Shown piece by piece: positions 1-11,637 of a stretch of DNA of 64,000 nt (positions are counted from its first letter, which is position 1; each line of letters begins with the position of its first letter). This DNA is from Leucoraja erinacea. Lineage: Eukaryota. A program made the position numbers and the translations under genes. A model generated the notes under the pieces. It ran no database searches. It had not been told where the DNA came from and saw only the letters and a list, made by a program, of their open reading frames with translations. Where the stretch lies: the NCBI RefSeq assembly GCF_028641065.1, contig NC_073386.1, positions 47,058,001-47,122,000 on the forward strand, given 5' to 3'.

Positions 1-834
1 ACTCAACATGTTTTCTATGGTGCATCTGTAGTGGTTTGTAAAGGTCACTGTAGACATGTTGAATTTCCCTAGTCACCACAGGAAGTTGAGCTGATGGTGC
101 CTTCTTGGCTGTTTCATCAATGTGGTTGGTTCATGTTCCACCAAGGAATTTGAAGCTCTCAACCACTAACTGAATGATATTACGGTCACATAACCATAAT
201 GTGAGTGAAAATAGTATTTATCATAAAAGTTAACTCCTGATAATCAGTATTTAACTGATCACATGTGATTGATAGATTTGAAATAAGTAAACATGATTTT
301 TTTTTAATTATGTTGAACAATTTTCTAGGTACATTAGTTTAGAAAAGTCAGTTTGTTCCAAATTAAAATAATGATATCGATAGCTTTTTCCTGTCATTGC
401 AACCAAAAGAGCAGGCATGAACACTTGCAAAACACAAATTAGCATCAAGTTGTAGTCATGATTATTCTGAGCTGATGGTGTGTCCAGCGATGCAGATGGG
501 GTGATGATCTAACATTATGTTTTTAACTGCAAAAACTTGATTTGCAGCAATTGTAATTTGTGCTTGAGATTCCATGAATTTAGTGTTGGTCTGGCTGATT
601 TTTGTCCGTCTTTCCTATTTATTGCACAGAGTTTTAGTCACAAGTGTAAACCATTAGTTGGCACTGTGTTGAAGAAACAAACTATAAAGCCCGAACGTAA
701 AGCCTCTCTGACTCTTCACTCCTTAAGTGGCCACTCTTCTGGTCAGATTTATTGTGTATCTTGCACAATATTGACTGATTTCATTATGAGCCCAATCTGT
801 CCACACAACATTTTAACTTTGCCAAACCTCCAGG

Positions 835-1220
835 TTTAATTTAGTTTAGTTTAGAGATACAGAGTGGAAACAGGCCCTTCGGCCCACCGAGTCCGCACCG
901 ACCAACAATCTCCACACATTAACACCATCCTACACACACTAGGGACATTTTACATTTATACCAAGCCAATTAACCTACAAACCTGGACCCCTTTGGACGT
1001 GTGGGAGGAAACCGAAGATCTCAGATCTCAGTCATGGGGAGAAAGTACAAACTCCGTACGCACAGATTCAGATTCAATTTTTTTTAATTGTCATTGTCAG
1101 TGTACAGTACAGAGACAACGAAATGCACAGCACCTGTAGTTAGGATTGCACCTGCGTCTCTGGTGCTGAAAGCGCTGTGAGGCAACAACTCTACTGCTGC
1201 GCCACCGTACTGCCGCCAAT
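835..1220 (-). mobile_element. tRNA-derived V-SINE (HE1-like) with a ~65-bp insertion at ~1063-1126
   Basis: Minus-strand A/B-box head GGCAGTACGGTGGCGCAGCAGTAGAG, V-domain, (CTAAA)n tail. Confidence 0.85.
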
Positions 1221-1654
1221 TGTATTATTGCCCGTAAATATTAAAGGGAATGTAAGAAAGCAGGAAGCGGGAATTGTCATACTGTATTCCTGCTGAGGAA
1301 TTATTTCTGACCAATGAATAAAAATACAAGATTGAATAACTCTTATTAAGTGGTCTAATTGATAGTCCTTTACTGCCACTGCTCAAATCAAAACAATAAG
1401 ACAAATCCCGTGGAACCACAAGGTGTGTTAATGGTCACCGAGCCTAGAAAATTCCTAGAAAATCAACCAGCCCAATGTGCAACATCCGGTATTTCCCTTT
1501 CCTCCCTCTGGGATATTCTCCCTAACTCCATTAGCTTGCCTGTGTTGGATGATTATCGCAATCACAAACTGAATCTCTGACTGGAAGACGCTCCAAAGGT
1601 CACTTGAGATTTGAGCCTCAACTTGCTTTCCTTTGCCTGAGGGGAGTTGACAAA

Positions 1655-1937
1655 GAAGCAAAGAAAATAGGTGCAAAGTAGGCCAATTCGGCCCTTCGAG
1701 CCAGCACCGCCATTCAATATGATCATGGCTGATCATCCAAAATCAGTATCCCGTTCCTGCTTTTTCCCCATATCCCTTGATTCTGTTCGCCCTAAGAGAT
1801 ATATATATATATAACTCTCTCTTGAAAGCATCCAGTGAAATGGCCTCCACTGCCTTCTGAGGCAGAGAATTCCATAGATTCACAACTCCCTGGGTGAAAA
1901 AGTTTCTCCTCATCTTAATCCTAAATGGCCCACCCAT
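1655..1937 (-). mobile_element. CR1 (HER1-like) LINE 3' end
   Basis: RRNFFTQGVVNLWNSLPQKAVEA...KGYGEKAGTGY* plus 3' UTR. Confidence 0.9.
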
Positions 1938-2665
1938 TTAGGATCACGAGGGCTGGAGCGGCTCATTCATCTGCTGGAGTCTGCTCCACCGTTTAATGAA
2001 GTTCTGGGTGATCTCTGACCTGACTGCACGTATCTGCCTGTACCCTTTTACCTTTGATTAACAAGGTTTGATTCAGTTTGCAAATGACCCAGAATCTGAT
2101 GCCTTTTGAAATAGTAATCTTTGGCACTGTGATCCGAGGTGGAATGAGTTAAAATGTCATCGCTTTCTGTCTCCTAAAATTGTGCCGTGATTCTTTCCAA
2201 CCCTCGACAATGATCCTTTCAGTTCTGATGAACCATCTCATCACCAAGGAAACCATCTGCCCAGCACTGAACTGTATAACCATTGTGAGGCACAGTGAAA
2301 CGCTGTACTGCCCCTCTTGCCGACTTGCTAAAGATAATGGTTGACCTTCCTGTCGCTGAGACTGTATCATAATTTATAATGCATTCCCTCAGTTTTCTGA
2401 CTGGGAAAATGTGCAGAGCGTGATTCATGCTTGCCCTGCTAAATGAGCAATGACCCCTGTAGACTTTCTGAGACCAGCTTCATTTTGCTCATTTGGATAA
2501 GCTCCAGATATTCTCAATGCCACTAAGTATGTGTTTGCCTTTTAAGGGAAGGTAGCAAATAGCATGCTGCAGGATTTTATAGTCCATTAAATCAGCAGCT
2601 CTGTTTTTGCTTCAGCTACAAAAATCCCTTTATAAATGTACTGACTTAAAAATCAGAAAAATTTA

Positions 2666-3430
2666 TGGGCCTGTCCCACTTAGGCGATTTTTCAGGCGAC
2701 TGCCGGCGACTGTCAAGTCGTAGCAAATCGCTGAAAAACCGGCAACTGGAACGGCGACTGGAATGGTGACTGTCAGAGTGGAACACACACATCGCTTCCT
2801 TCACCAGCCAGTTATGCAGGCGGGGGACAGGGCAAGCGGGGGGGAGCGCTGTCTGAGTGAAATTCACACCATGCAAAGCCAATGTGATACAGACACACAC
2901 CACGATGAATAGGAAGGTTTGCGCTGTGGGAAGGGTCAGGTAAGTCGTTTAAAGGAGAAGGGGGGGAGAAGGAATGGAGACAAGTTTTAAGATGCCAGAG
3001 ATACACGGCTATGAAGCTCGGCGGACATTAACATTAACATTGATTATTCTTGGTTCTGAAAACAACTGTCTATGTTTTTTTTCCCAATGAGCCAATGAAA
3101 TTCACCGGTCAGCACTGGCGACAACCTACAAGAACCTACGACAACCTACGACCTCCTGGCAGCCCACTACCACTGCACCTACGTCACGAGAATTCTCGTT
3201 ACTCTCCATGCCGTCAAAATTCTGGTCGCTGCAAATTTTTCAACATGTTGATTCATGTTGAAAAATTAACGGCGACCAGAATGAAGCCGCGACTAGTTAC
3301 GAGAATGCGGGGACTACTCACCACCATGCAGGCGACACCCCGGCAACCTCCAGCGAACATGTAGCGACCTTGTGGCGACCTCATAGTCCCCTGCAGTCGC
3401 CTAAAAAGTCGTGTAAGTGGGACGGGTCCA
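2666..3430. mobile_element. PIF/Harbinger-type MITE
   Basis: TIRs TGGGCCTGTCCCACTTA.../...TAAGTGGGACGGGTCCA; 3-bp TSD TTA (2663-2665, 3431-3433); subterminal GGCGACT repeats. Confidence 0.85.
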
Positions 3431-3734
3431 TTATGACACTGACTTTTGGCCTGTGTCAGAAATCTTCGCACTTGTGGCCCATCATGTTGGTTGTCAAAGA
3501 GCTGGCCAGTTCAATCCCACTATCCATACTGAGCCTGCAGTTTAAATGTGACAAGTATTTCTGCCACTACATCTCTCTTTGGGAAGAGAGTTCCAGACCA
3601 CCCAGCTCACTCTGAATGGAAAAACCTCTTCCTAATCCTTCTAACCCTTATTTGGAATTCATGCACCTCTATTTCTATTCTTCTTAGTATAGAAAATATG
3701 TCCTTCCCATTTTCCCTGCCCAGGTCTATTCAGG

Positions 3735-4572
3735 GAAGATAGACACCAAATGCTGGAGTAACTCAGCAGTACAGGTAGCATCTCTGGAGACAAGGAATGG
3801 GTGACGTTTCCGGTCGAGACCCTTCTTCAGACTGAAAGTCAGCAGGGAGGGAAACTAGGGGTATGGAAGGGTACAGAGAGAGAATATAAGGCGTGAAAAG
3901 GGCAGATCAAAGCAGACGATGAACAAGGAGATTACAAATGTTTTTTTCAGTGAAACGATCGCCAAGCTTGCGCTTGGTCTCGCCAATATATAGGAGTCTA
4001 CACCTAGAGCAGCAGATACAGTAGATGAGTTTGAAGGAGGTGCAAATGAACCCCTGCCACACCTGAAAAGACTGTCAGGGTCCTTGGACGGAGTGGAGGG
4101 ATGAGGTATGGGGGCAGGTGTTGCATGTCCTGCTGTTGCAGGGGAAAGTATCTGGGCAGGGGGCGGCTTGGATGGGAAGAGATGAGTTAACTAGGGAGTT
4201 GCAGAGGGAACAGTCTCTGCAGGAAGTGAAACAGGATGGCGATGAGAAGATGTGGCTAGTGGTGGGATTCCCTGGGCGATAGCTGAGCTACAGACCTTCC
4301 AACGTCCTGCCTCCCAGTGAACTTGGGCCTGTGCCAATCCATTGCTATGGCACAACTTGCTTAATCGCCTGAACATCTTGTTACCAATGATTCAGGTTCT
4401 TCCAAGATGTTCTGGCCTTACTCTTTTTCACATCTACCATTTTCAGACCTTCCTGTGTCTCCCTCTCCCCTGGCTCTTAGTCTGAAGAAGGGTCTTCTCC
4501 CAAAATGTCACCCATTCCTCTCAAGAGATGCTGCCTGTCCCATTGAGTTACCCCAGCATTTTGTGTCTATTT
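3735..4572 (-). mobile_element. Penelope-like fragment (minus) with an inverted tail copy at its right end
   Basis: Minus-strand GIY-YIG remnant at 3945-4270; tail copies at 3735-3845 (-) and 4450-4572 (+). Confidence 0.75.
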
Positions 4573-5587
4573 TCTGGCACACTTGGATCACAGGATGGCA
4601 AACGGGCTCAGGCTGAGCGAGACCCAGAAACGCATCAGGTCCCTGGCTCACTGAGATTCAGGGGATTGTGAATGGGATGGGAGGGGGTTCTCTGTATGTA
4701 TTGGTGGGGCTCACCTGAATTCAATTTTAGCCCATTTGCGAAGCGCTGGAAATTATGAATTCACATTGGCAAGCATGAACTGCATGCCAGTCACATAGCT
4801 ACATTACATAGCTATTCCAGTCATCTTGACTGGATTTAATATTGATTTCACATCACCCACATACAGTAAATGGTGATCTTAGTTCCATGATGAATGATGC
4901 AGATGCTTTGAATTTATACTAAAATAGAATTGTATGAATGAGGGATGGTGCAAACAGCTCTGATTCATCACAGTGAAGATACAGGGAGAAGATGAAGGGG
5001 AGATAGTTGACAATAAAAAAACATTCAGGGTTGGGCAGTGATTATAGCAGGATTGGGTTCATCTGGCGAAAAGAAAGAAAGATCACTACACAAGCGTGGG
5101 AATGGGGATTGAGGGGGGAGAAAGTCAAACTGCTTACTAGCTGCTAGTGAGCATTCCAAAGTCTAATACAACCATTTAAAAAAATAATGAAGAGCCATTT
5201 GGGTTAAGCATTTCTTTGGCAGTTGTGAGATGTTGTGAGTACAAAAAAAATGGCTGCTGTGTTTATTTAAATAACAGGCACTTGATGCCAACTCACAGTG
5301 TGAAGCCTGATCCAGTGGTTTGACAAGGCATAAAGTTAATGCCATGTTTAAACCCATGAGATGATGTTCTGCAGCCTATAATAAGAGAGCTGATTGAAAT
5401 TTTACTCTTCAGTACAAATTAGACCTGGTTAACAGCAGGTGTGAAATAAAATGATTTCACTTTTAAATGAAGTGCTAATTGGTAATAATAAAGACAATCC
5501 CTGTCGCACTGGGTGGAAACTGAGATAAACTTCTCTTTTGCTGAGAAGCTAATCTGTGCCTCTGTGAATAAACTGGTTGCTGGTGGC

Positions 5588-6094
5588 TAGGGTTGCCAAC
5601 TGTCCCGTATTAGCCGGGACATCCCGTATATTGGGCTAAATTGGATGGTCCCATACGGGACCGCCCTTGTCCCGTATTTGACTGCTACTACTCGGGTCGA
5701 AGGGACTGTCGGGTCGGAGCGCCGCTTCCGGCCCCGCCTCACCCGTCCCGACATGGTGCAGCCCATGGAGTGCAGCAGCAGCACCTCGCCCGTGGCAGCT
5801 CGACCAGCTGTCCGACCTTCGGACTTACATTTACCGCCGACACCACCGTCCCTCCTTCTCATGGCCGATCATCGGTTCATGAGTTGGATGGGATGCCGGA
5901 CTTTGCGCGCGACGTCGCGTGGGCCAAAACTCCTCAGCTGGCCCGCCGGCTGGACTTTGCGTGCAGTCCAGCACCCGGCCCAACTCATCATTCACCCAGG
6001 CACGGCCGAGTCGATCAACGAATTGCCGTTGGGAATTGGTCCCGTATTTTGACCTTTTGTCCCTTATTTGGGAGTGAGAAAGTTGGCAACACTA
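5588..6094. mobile_element. hAT-type non-autonomous DNA transposon (CpG-rich)
   Basis: TIRs TAGGGTTGCCAACT / AGTTGGCAACACTA; subterminal TCCCGTAT repeats; 8-bp flanks CTGGTGGC / CCAGCGAC differ only by transitions. Confidence 0.8.
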
Positions 6095-6147
6095 CCAGCG
6101 ACTGACAGCACAGCCTTTAATCATGTTTTTTCTCATTTTCCTTCTAG

Positions 6148-6271
6148 AGAGTGACTGGCTGCATTCTGTCCAACGTAAACTCTCCAGCTACACCTATCAT
6201 TGGACAGCCGCAGAATGGAAGGCGTACCATCTACCAGAACTCCACAATCACGAACGACAAACCCACTGCAG
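6148..6271 (+). CDS. NMNAT2: NMNAT2 coding exon (equivalent to human exon 5); upstream exons lie outside the window
   Basis: Polypyrimidine tract + ctag| acceptor and G|gtaggc donor. Translates [41 protein letters not shown], matching recalled human NMNAT2 [24 protein letters not shown]...KPTA. 124 nt, phase 0/1. Confidence 0.96.
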
Positions 6272-6384
6272 GTAGGCCTCACCTGTGACATGGTGGATGT
6301 AAACTGGGGGAGGTTGAGGAAGCCACTTCAAATATTAATTCAGAATCGGTGTTCTCTATTATAATACACTCTGCAACAAAGGAT

Positions 6385-6686
6385 CTAGTTTAGTTTAGAG
6401 ATACAGCGCGGAAACAAGCCCTTTGGCCCACCAAGACCGCACCAACCAGCGATCTCCGCACATTAACACTATCCTGCACACACTAGGGACAATTTACACT
6501 TGTACCAATTAACTTACAAACCTGTATGTCTTTGGAGTATGGGAGGAAACCGAAGATCTCTGAGAATAACAAAGGAGAACGTACAAACTCCATACAGACA
6601 GCACCCATAGTCAGGATCGAACCCAGGTCTCTGGCGCTGCAAGCGCTGTCAGGCAGCAACTCTACCACTGCACCACTGTGCCATCC
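6385..6686 (-). mobile_element. V-SINE (HE1-like)
   Basis: tRNA-like head, GGTTCGATCC B-box, CTAAA tail. Confidence 0.85.
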
Positions 6687-6949
6687 ATTTGTGTGCAGTG
6701 GAACCAACCCAACTGAATTGCATTTTAAATCTCACTACTCGCTGGCTGAGCGAATTCAACATCTAGTTTATTCTTGAATTGTAACATACATGGGCTCTGA
6801 AATGCCACAAATAATACCGAGAGCAAAACACAAAATGTTGGGGAAACTCTCCCGGTCCGGCAGCATCTGTGCCGGCAATGAATAGGTAACGTTTCACGGT
6901 GTGACCCATCTTCCTGTTCTTTAGGCCAAGATCTGTGTTAAAGAGCTGG

Positions 6950-7180
6950 AGATAAGAGCTGGAATCTGAATTCAGTCATGTAAATACATCTGGAATGGAA
7001 AGTATATTATTATTGTTTATGGCAGCCAATAACATATTGTCAGAAAAGTTCACCAGGGTGATTCATTCAAACCTGGTCTGGCTCGTAAGTGGTTCCAGAC
7101 CTACAAGAAAACAGATGATTCTTAATTTTCCTCTGAAATGGCCAAGAAAGCTACAGTTCAAGGCCAATTAATGCCTGTGT
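6950..7180 (+). mobile_element. Ancient SacSINE1/Deu-SINE-like relic (related relics at ~10610-10750 minus and ~35200-35390 plus)
   Basis: ACCTGGTCTGG...CCAGACC...CCTCTGAAATGGCC...AGTTCAAGG motif series recalled from shark SacSINE1; highly diverged. Confidence 0.5.
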
Positions 7181-7624
7181 CCCACCAAGCAATCAAGGAG
7201 CTTCCAGGTCCCCGTCTGTTCCATGTCAGCTGTTCTTGGGTGAGTGATGGAGGAATGACTACATTTGACCACGATGCTGGCGTGTTTCCCACTCAATAAT
7301 TACATATAAATGAAGATGACCTGTCACGATGACTCTTCACTTGAATGCTGGTATCTTCTAGACCATCGCAGGCACGAGGGTGCACCATCAATGAGAAAGG
7401 AGTGATAGAAAATACCATAAATGTCATATGTTTTTTGGATGAGGGCATCATTAGCCAAAGTGTCATATCTGTTGCCCCTAATTCCCTTCCAGAAATAGCT
7501 GGTGAACCTTATGCTTGAACATCACCTCACCCTGGTCGTCGCACATGTTTCACTGTCACCATGCTGAGTTTCATTGTCCCCACCCTAGATATTGTACTTG
7601 TTTCACTGTCATCTTGGTGAGTTT

Positions 7625-7890
7625 ATTTCTGTCATTATCACCTAGCCCACAGCCAACATTGGACCATTTCCTTGATCATCGTTACTTTTTTGCATAATTT
7701 TCATTCATTCGTTCTATATCTCTTTATATCACCGTCTATATCCCCTGACACTCAGTCAGAAGAAGGGTCTCAATCCAAAACGTCACCTATTCCTTTTCTC
7801 CAGAGATGCCTGCTTGACTCGCTGAGTTACTCCAGCTTGTTGTGTCTATCTTCAGTTTAAACAAGCATCTGTACTTCCTTCCTACACATT
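7625..7890 (+). mobile_element. Penelope-derived tail element
   Basis: CAGTCAGAAGAAGGGTCTCAATCCAAAACGTCACC...TTCCTTCCTACACA; same family as 21142. Confidence 0.75.
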
Positions 7891-8216
7891 TTGACTACTC
7901 TCTATGGCCGCATTAACACAGCAGTGATAAATACATTTCCAATTCAGGTTGACGTGGGACTTAATGGAAACTTGAAAGTGTTTTTTTTTAGCAAAGTCAG
8001 AAAACTGCACGTGCTAGAAATGTAGAAGAATAAAGCACGATGCAAACCAGCAGGCATTGATGAAGAACAATAGGAAATTGGGTTATCTGTGCAGAAAGCT
8101 GCTTTTCATTCCTCTGCAGATAAACCTGGGTCAATCTTTAATTCTGTATCAGAAAGCGTATTCGAGCACTGCGCATCCCCCCATTGTTCCTTTTTATTTT
8201 GTGTTTGTCTTCTGGG

Positions 8217-8555
8217 TGTTTAGTTTAGTTTTGTTTAATTTAGTTTAGTTTAGTTTAGGGATACAGCATGGAAACAGGCTGTTCGGCCCACTGTGTATAC
8301 ACTGACCATCAATTACCCGCTCACACTGGTTCTATGTCATCCCACTTTCTCCTTCACTCCCTACACATTATGGATAGTTTTACTGAGGACAATTAACCTA
8401 CAAACCACACGTCTTTGGAGTCTGGGAAGAAACCGGGGCTTCCAGAGGAAACCCACATGGTCATAGGGACAATGTGTAAACACCACACAGATGAGGTCAG
8501 GATTGAACCTGGGTCTCTGGCGCTGCGAGGCAGCAGCTCTACCAGCTGTGTCAAT
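8217..8555 (-). mobile_element. V-SINE (HE1-like)
   Basis: Same family; (TTTAG)n tail. Confidence 0.8.
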
Positions 8556-9564
8556 GCGTTGTTGTTGTCCTCTCACGAAGGATAGGAAGGAAATCAAGAA
8601 ACTGTTTCAACAAAGCAGGGAAGATTCTCACTGGCGTATCCGTTACTTTTCATCCCTACATCAATATCTCTAAACTAGATTATCAGAAAACTTCTTTCCA
8701 AGCTTTTCCCTTTCCTGTAATTCAAAACCTGCCTATTTTCTAATTTTTCTAAAATGATCTGAAATGTTAATTCTGTTTGTCCCCCTGTCGATGCTGCCTG
8801 ACCTGCTGAATGTTTCCAGCATTGTTAGTTGTTATGGTGTTAACTCTAATATTGACATCGCTATTTGTGGAAGCTTGCAGTGTACATATTTGTGATTGCA
8901 CCAAACATTGATATTAAATCTGCTGGCTTTTGACTGTTGATGATTGTTAAAGCAATTTCTACCACATAGATTGCACTCATCCACGCACTATTGCTTTCAA
9001 ATCATCTCTATTCAGATCACCGGGGTGTCCACAGTCTTCCACTTGCCTGCCACCTTTATCCTTTGGTACCACAAAAAAACCCCTCTTTTTCTCAGCCTGA
9101 AGGGTCCCATTCTGATATTCCATCTGTCCATTCCATCCACCGATGCTGCTTGATGCACTGACTTACTTTGTTTCTTGTTCAAAATTCTAGCATTTGCAGT
9201 TTCTTGTGGTTCCTCTTATCTTTTCTCAAGTGGTACCGTTGCATTTTTCCTGTGGCTTTGTTTGATTTAGTTACGCTAATTTCTTTAACCATATCAGTCT
9301 AATTCCTTGGTCTCGTACATGGACTTTCAAATCCCAATGTATTCCTCAATTACACTCTGACCCTTCTGTCTTTAACATCCCATATGGTTTCAACAGAAAC
9401 TCAAGGATGAGCACCTTATCTTTCAACTAAACATATTGACCTATGTGTTCAGCAGTATCAGATAGTAATCCTGCTACTGCAGGTCACGTCTGCTCTACCA
9501 CAACAATTTATTTCTTTGCTTGTCCCATCTATTGCCCCTTTTGCTGTACATCATCATTTATTTT

Positions 9565-9866
9565 TACAGATACAGAGCGGAAACAGGCCCTTCAGCCCAT
9601 CGAGTCGGCACCGACCAGCGATCCCCGCACCTTAACACAAGTCTACACACACTAGGGACAATTTCCACTTATACCAAGTATACAAGCCCAAGCCAATTAA
9701 CCTACAAACCTGTACGTTTTTGAAGTGTGAGAGGAAACTGAAGATCTCGGAGAAAACCCACGCGGTCATGGGAAGAACGTACAAAGTCCATACAGACACC
9801 ACCTGGAGTCAGGATCGAACCGGGGTCTCTGGCGCTGCAAGCCCTGTAAGGCAGCAACTCTACCAC
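9565..9866 (-). mobile_element. V-SINE (HE1-like)
   Basis: Same family. Confidence 0.85.
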
Positions 9867-10239
9867 AATCATTCTCCTTTATTTTTTTTTATCTCTCCCA
9901 CTATCCCCCTTTCACAGGCCTTCCTTTTTATTCTTTCACCCACATCCCACTTGCTGACTTCTCAAAGCCTATTACTAACATTTTTAGTTCTGAAATAAGA
10001 TCATTAATCGTTTTTCTCCACAAATCTGCCTGACCTGAGAATTTAGCAGTTTTCTCAATTTTGTAAAATCAGTGCTGGTGCTGCTTTTTGATTCATTTGT
10101 TCACAGAATGGGGATGTCGCTAATAATATGAGCAAGTCCAATCGCTGTATTAGCTCCTGAACTGAGGAGGCAGTTCAGAATTAACTGCATTGGTGTCTCT
10201 AGACTCACGTATAGATCAGATGGGTAAAGTTGACAGGTA

Positions 10240-10552
10240 TAGGGGTGGCACAATGTTGCAGCTAATAAAGTTGTTGCCTCACTGCTGCAGTGATGTGGGT
10301 TCAATTCTGACCTCCGGTGCTGTCTATTTGGAGTTTGCATGTTCTCCCTGTTTTCGCGTGGGTTCCCTCCAGGTTCGCTGGTTTCCTCCCACATCCCAAA
10401 GATGTGTGAGTTGGTTGGCTATTTGGCCACTGTTAATTGCTGTTGATGTCTCTGAGAGGGAGAATATGAGGAGAATTGAAGGGAGGAATGTGTGTGGGTA
10501 GGGCTCAGCTTGGACAGAGTGCCAAAGGGACCTGGCCCATGTTGCATCTCTG
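10240..10552 (+). mobile_element. Old V-SINE
   Basis: Degenerate head + GGAGTTTGCATGTTCTCCC V-domain. Confidence 0.7.
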
Positions 10553-11465
10553 TGGCGGATTTCCGTCCTTGAAAACTAAGAATGAATCAAATACGATTTA
10601 TCGTTTCAAAATGAGCTTTCATTCCAGATTAATTTAATTTCTTGAATTTAAATTCTTCAGCTGCCATGGCAAGATTCAAACTCGTGAGCCTGCATCAATG
10701 GCCCAACACTCTAATTAGGTTACTGGACAAACAGCCACTATTATATCACATGATCAAATCACTTTTTCTGGAATAGTATTTCTCCTGCTGTGTTGTTGAT
10801 TTAAACTTCACATTTTTGTAAATATTATAAATTAATGGTCTTTTATTGTTTTCAAATATGTTCGTCTTGGAATTGTACTAGTGCATTCAAATCCAAATGT
10901 ATTTTTCAAGTGAAGTGTAGTTCAATCGTTGGGATCATTATAGAGTGCATCAAAGCCCACAGATGTAATTCCATTCCCATTTTAACATGCATTCCAACCT
11001 TAATTATATTCCATTATAAATTCCTGTGCCTACGTCAGTAATGAAAATAGCTTTTGTTAAATAGTTATTGAATAATGACTCCACTCCCACTCTTGGTGAC
11101 ATTGTGAGAAAAGTGGATTTACATTTGGAAAGGAATCGTTTGCAGAGTTTGGAGATAAGAGCAGTAGAATTGGACAGATTAATGATGAATCGGACAGATT
11201 CTCCAAGTGCTGACAGGTGGGTCGCCTAGGCTCAAGTATGATCCTGGAGTACCACTCAAATTTGTATAAAATGATGCAAAAGAGGTTTTCAAAATGTAAT
11301 CATAAATAAATAAATGCCGCTGAATATAAAGGCCAGGTGATTGGATTGCACAGCAGTATTTATTTTTGGCTCGGCACAAATGAAAATAAATTTTGCAATG
11401 TGGTGAAACTTAATACAAACATTTCCAACTTAGAAATTAATTCAAATGACCAAGGCCTTATTATA

Positions 11466-11637
11466 TGTAGGAAGGAACTGCAGATGCTGGTTTAAACTGA
11501 AGATAGACACAAAAAACTGGAGTATATCAGCAGGACAGGCAACATCTCTGGAGAGAAGAAGGGTCTCGACCTGAAATGTCGCCCATTCCTTTCTCGCTGC
11601 CTGTCCCGCTGAGTTACCGCAGCTTTTTGTGTCTATC
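11466..11637. mobile_element. Fold-back (inverted dimer) Penelope-tail element
   Basis: Arms 11502-11541 / 11598-11637 are reverse complements; 15-bp TSD CAAGGC(C/A)TTATTATA. Confidence 0.8.

Noticed and set aside
5587-6105. GC-rich ORFs or a CpG-island promoter
   Set aside because: They lie wholly within a TIR-bounded hAT element.
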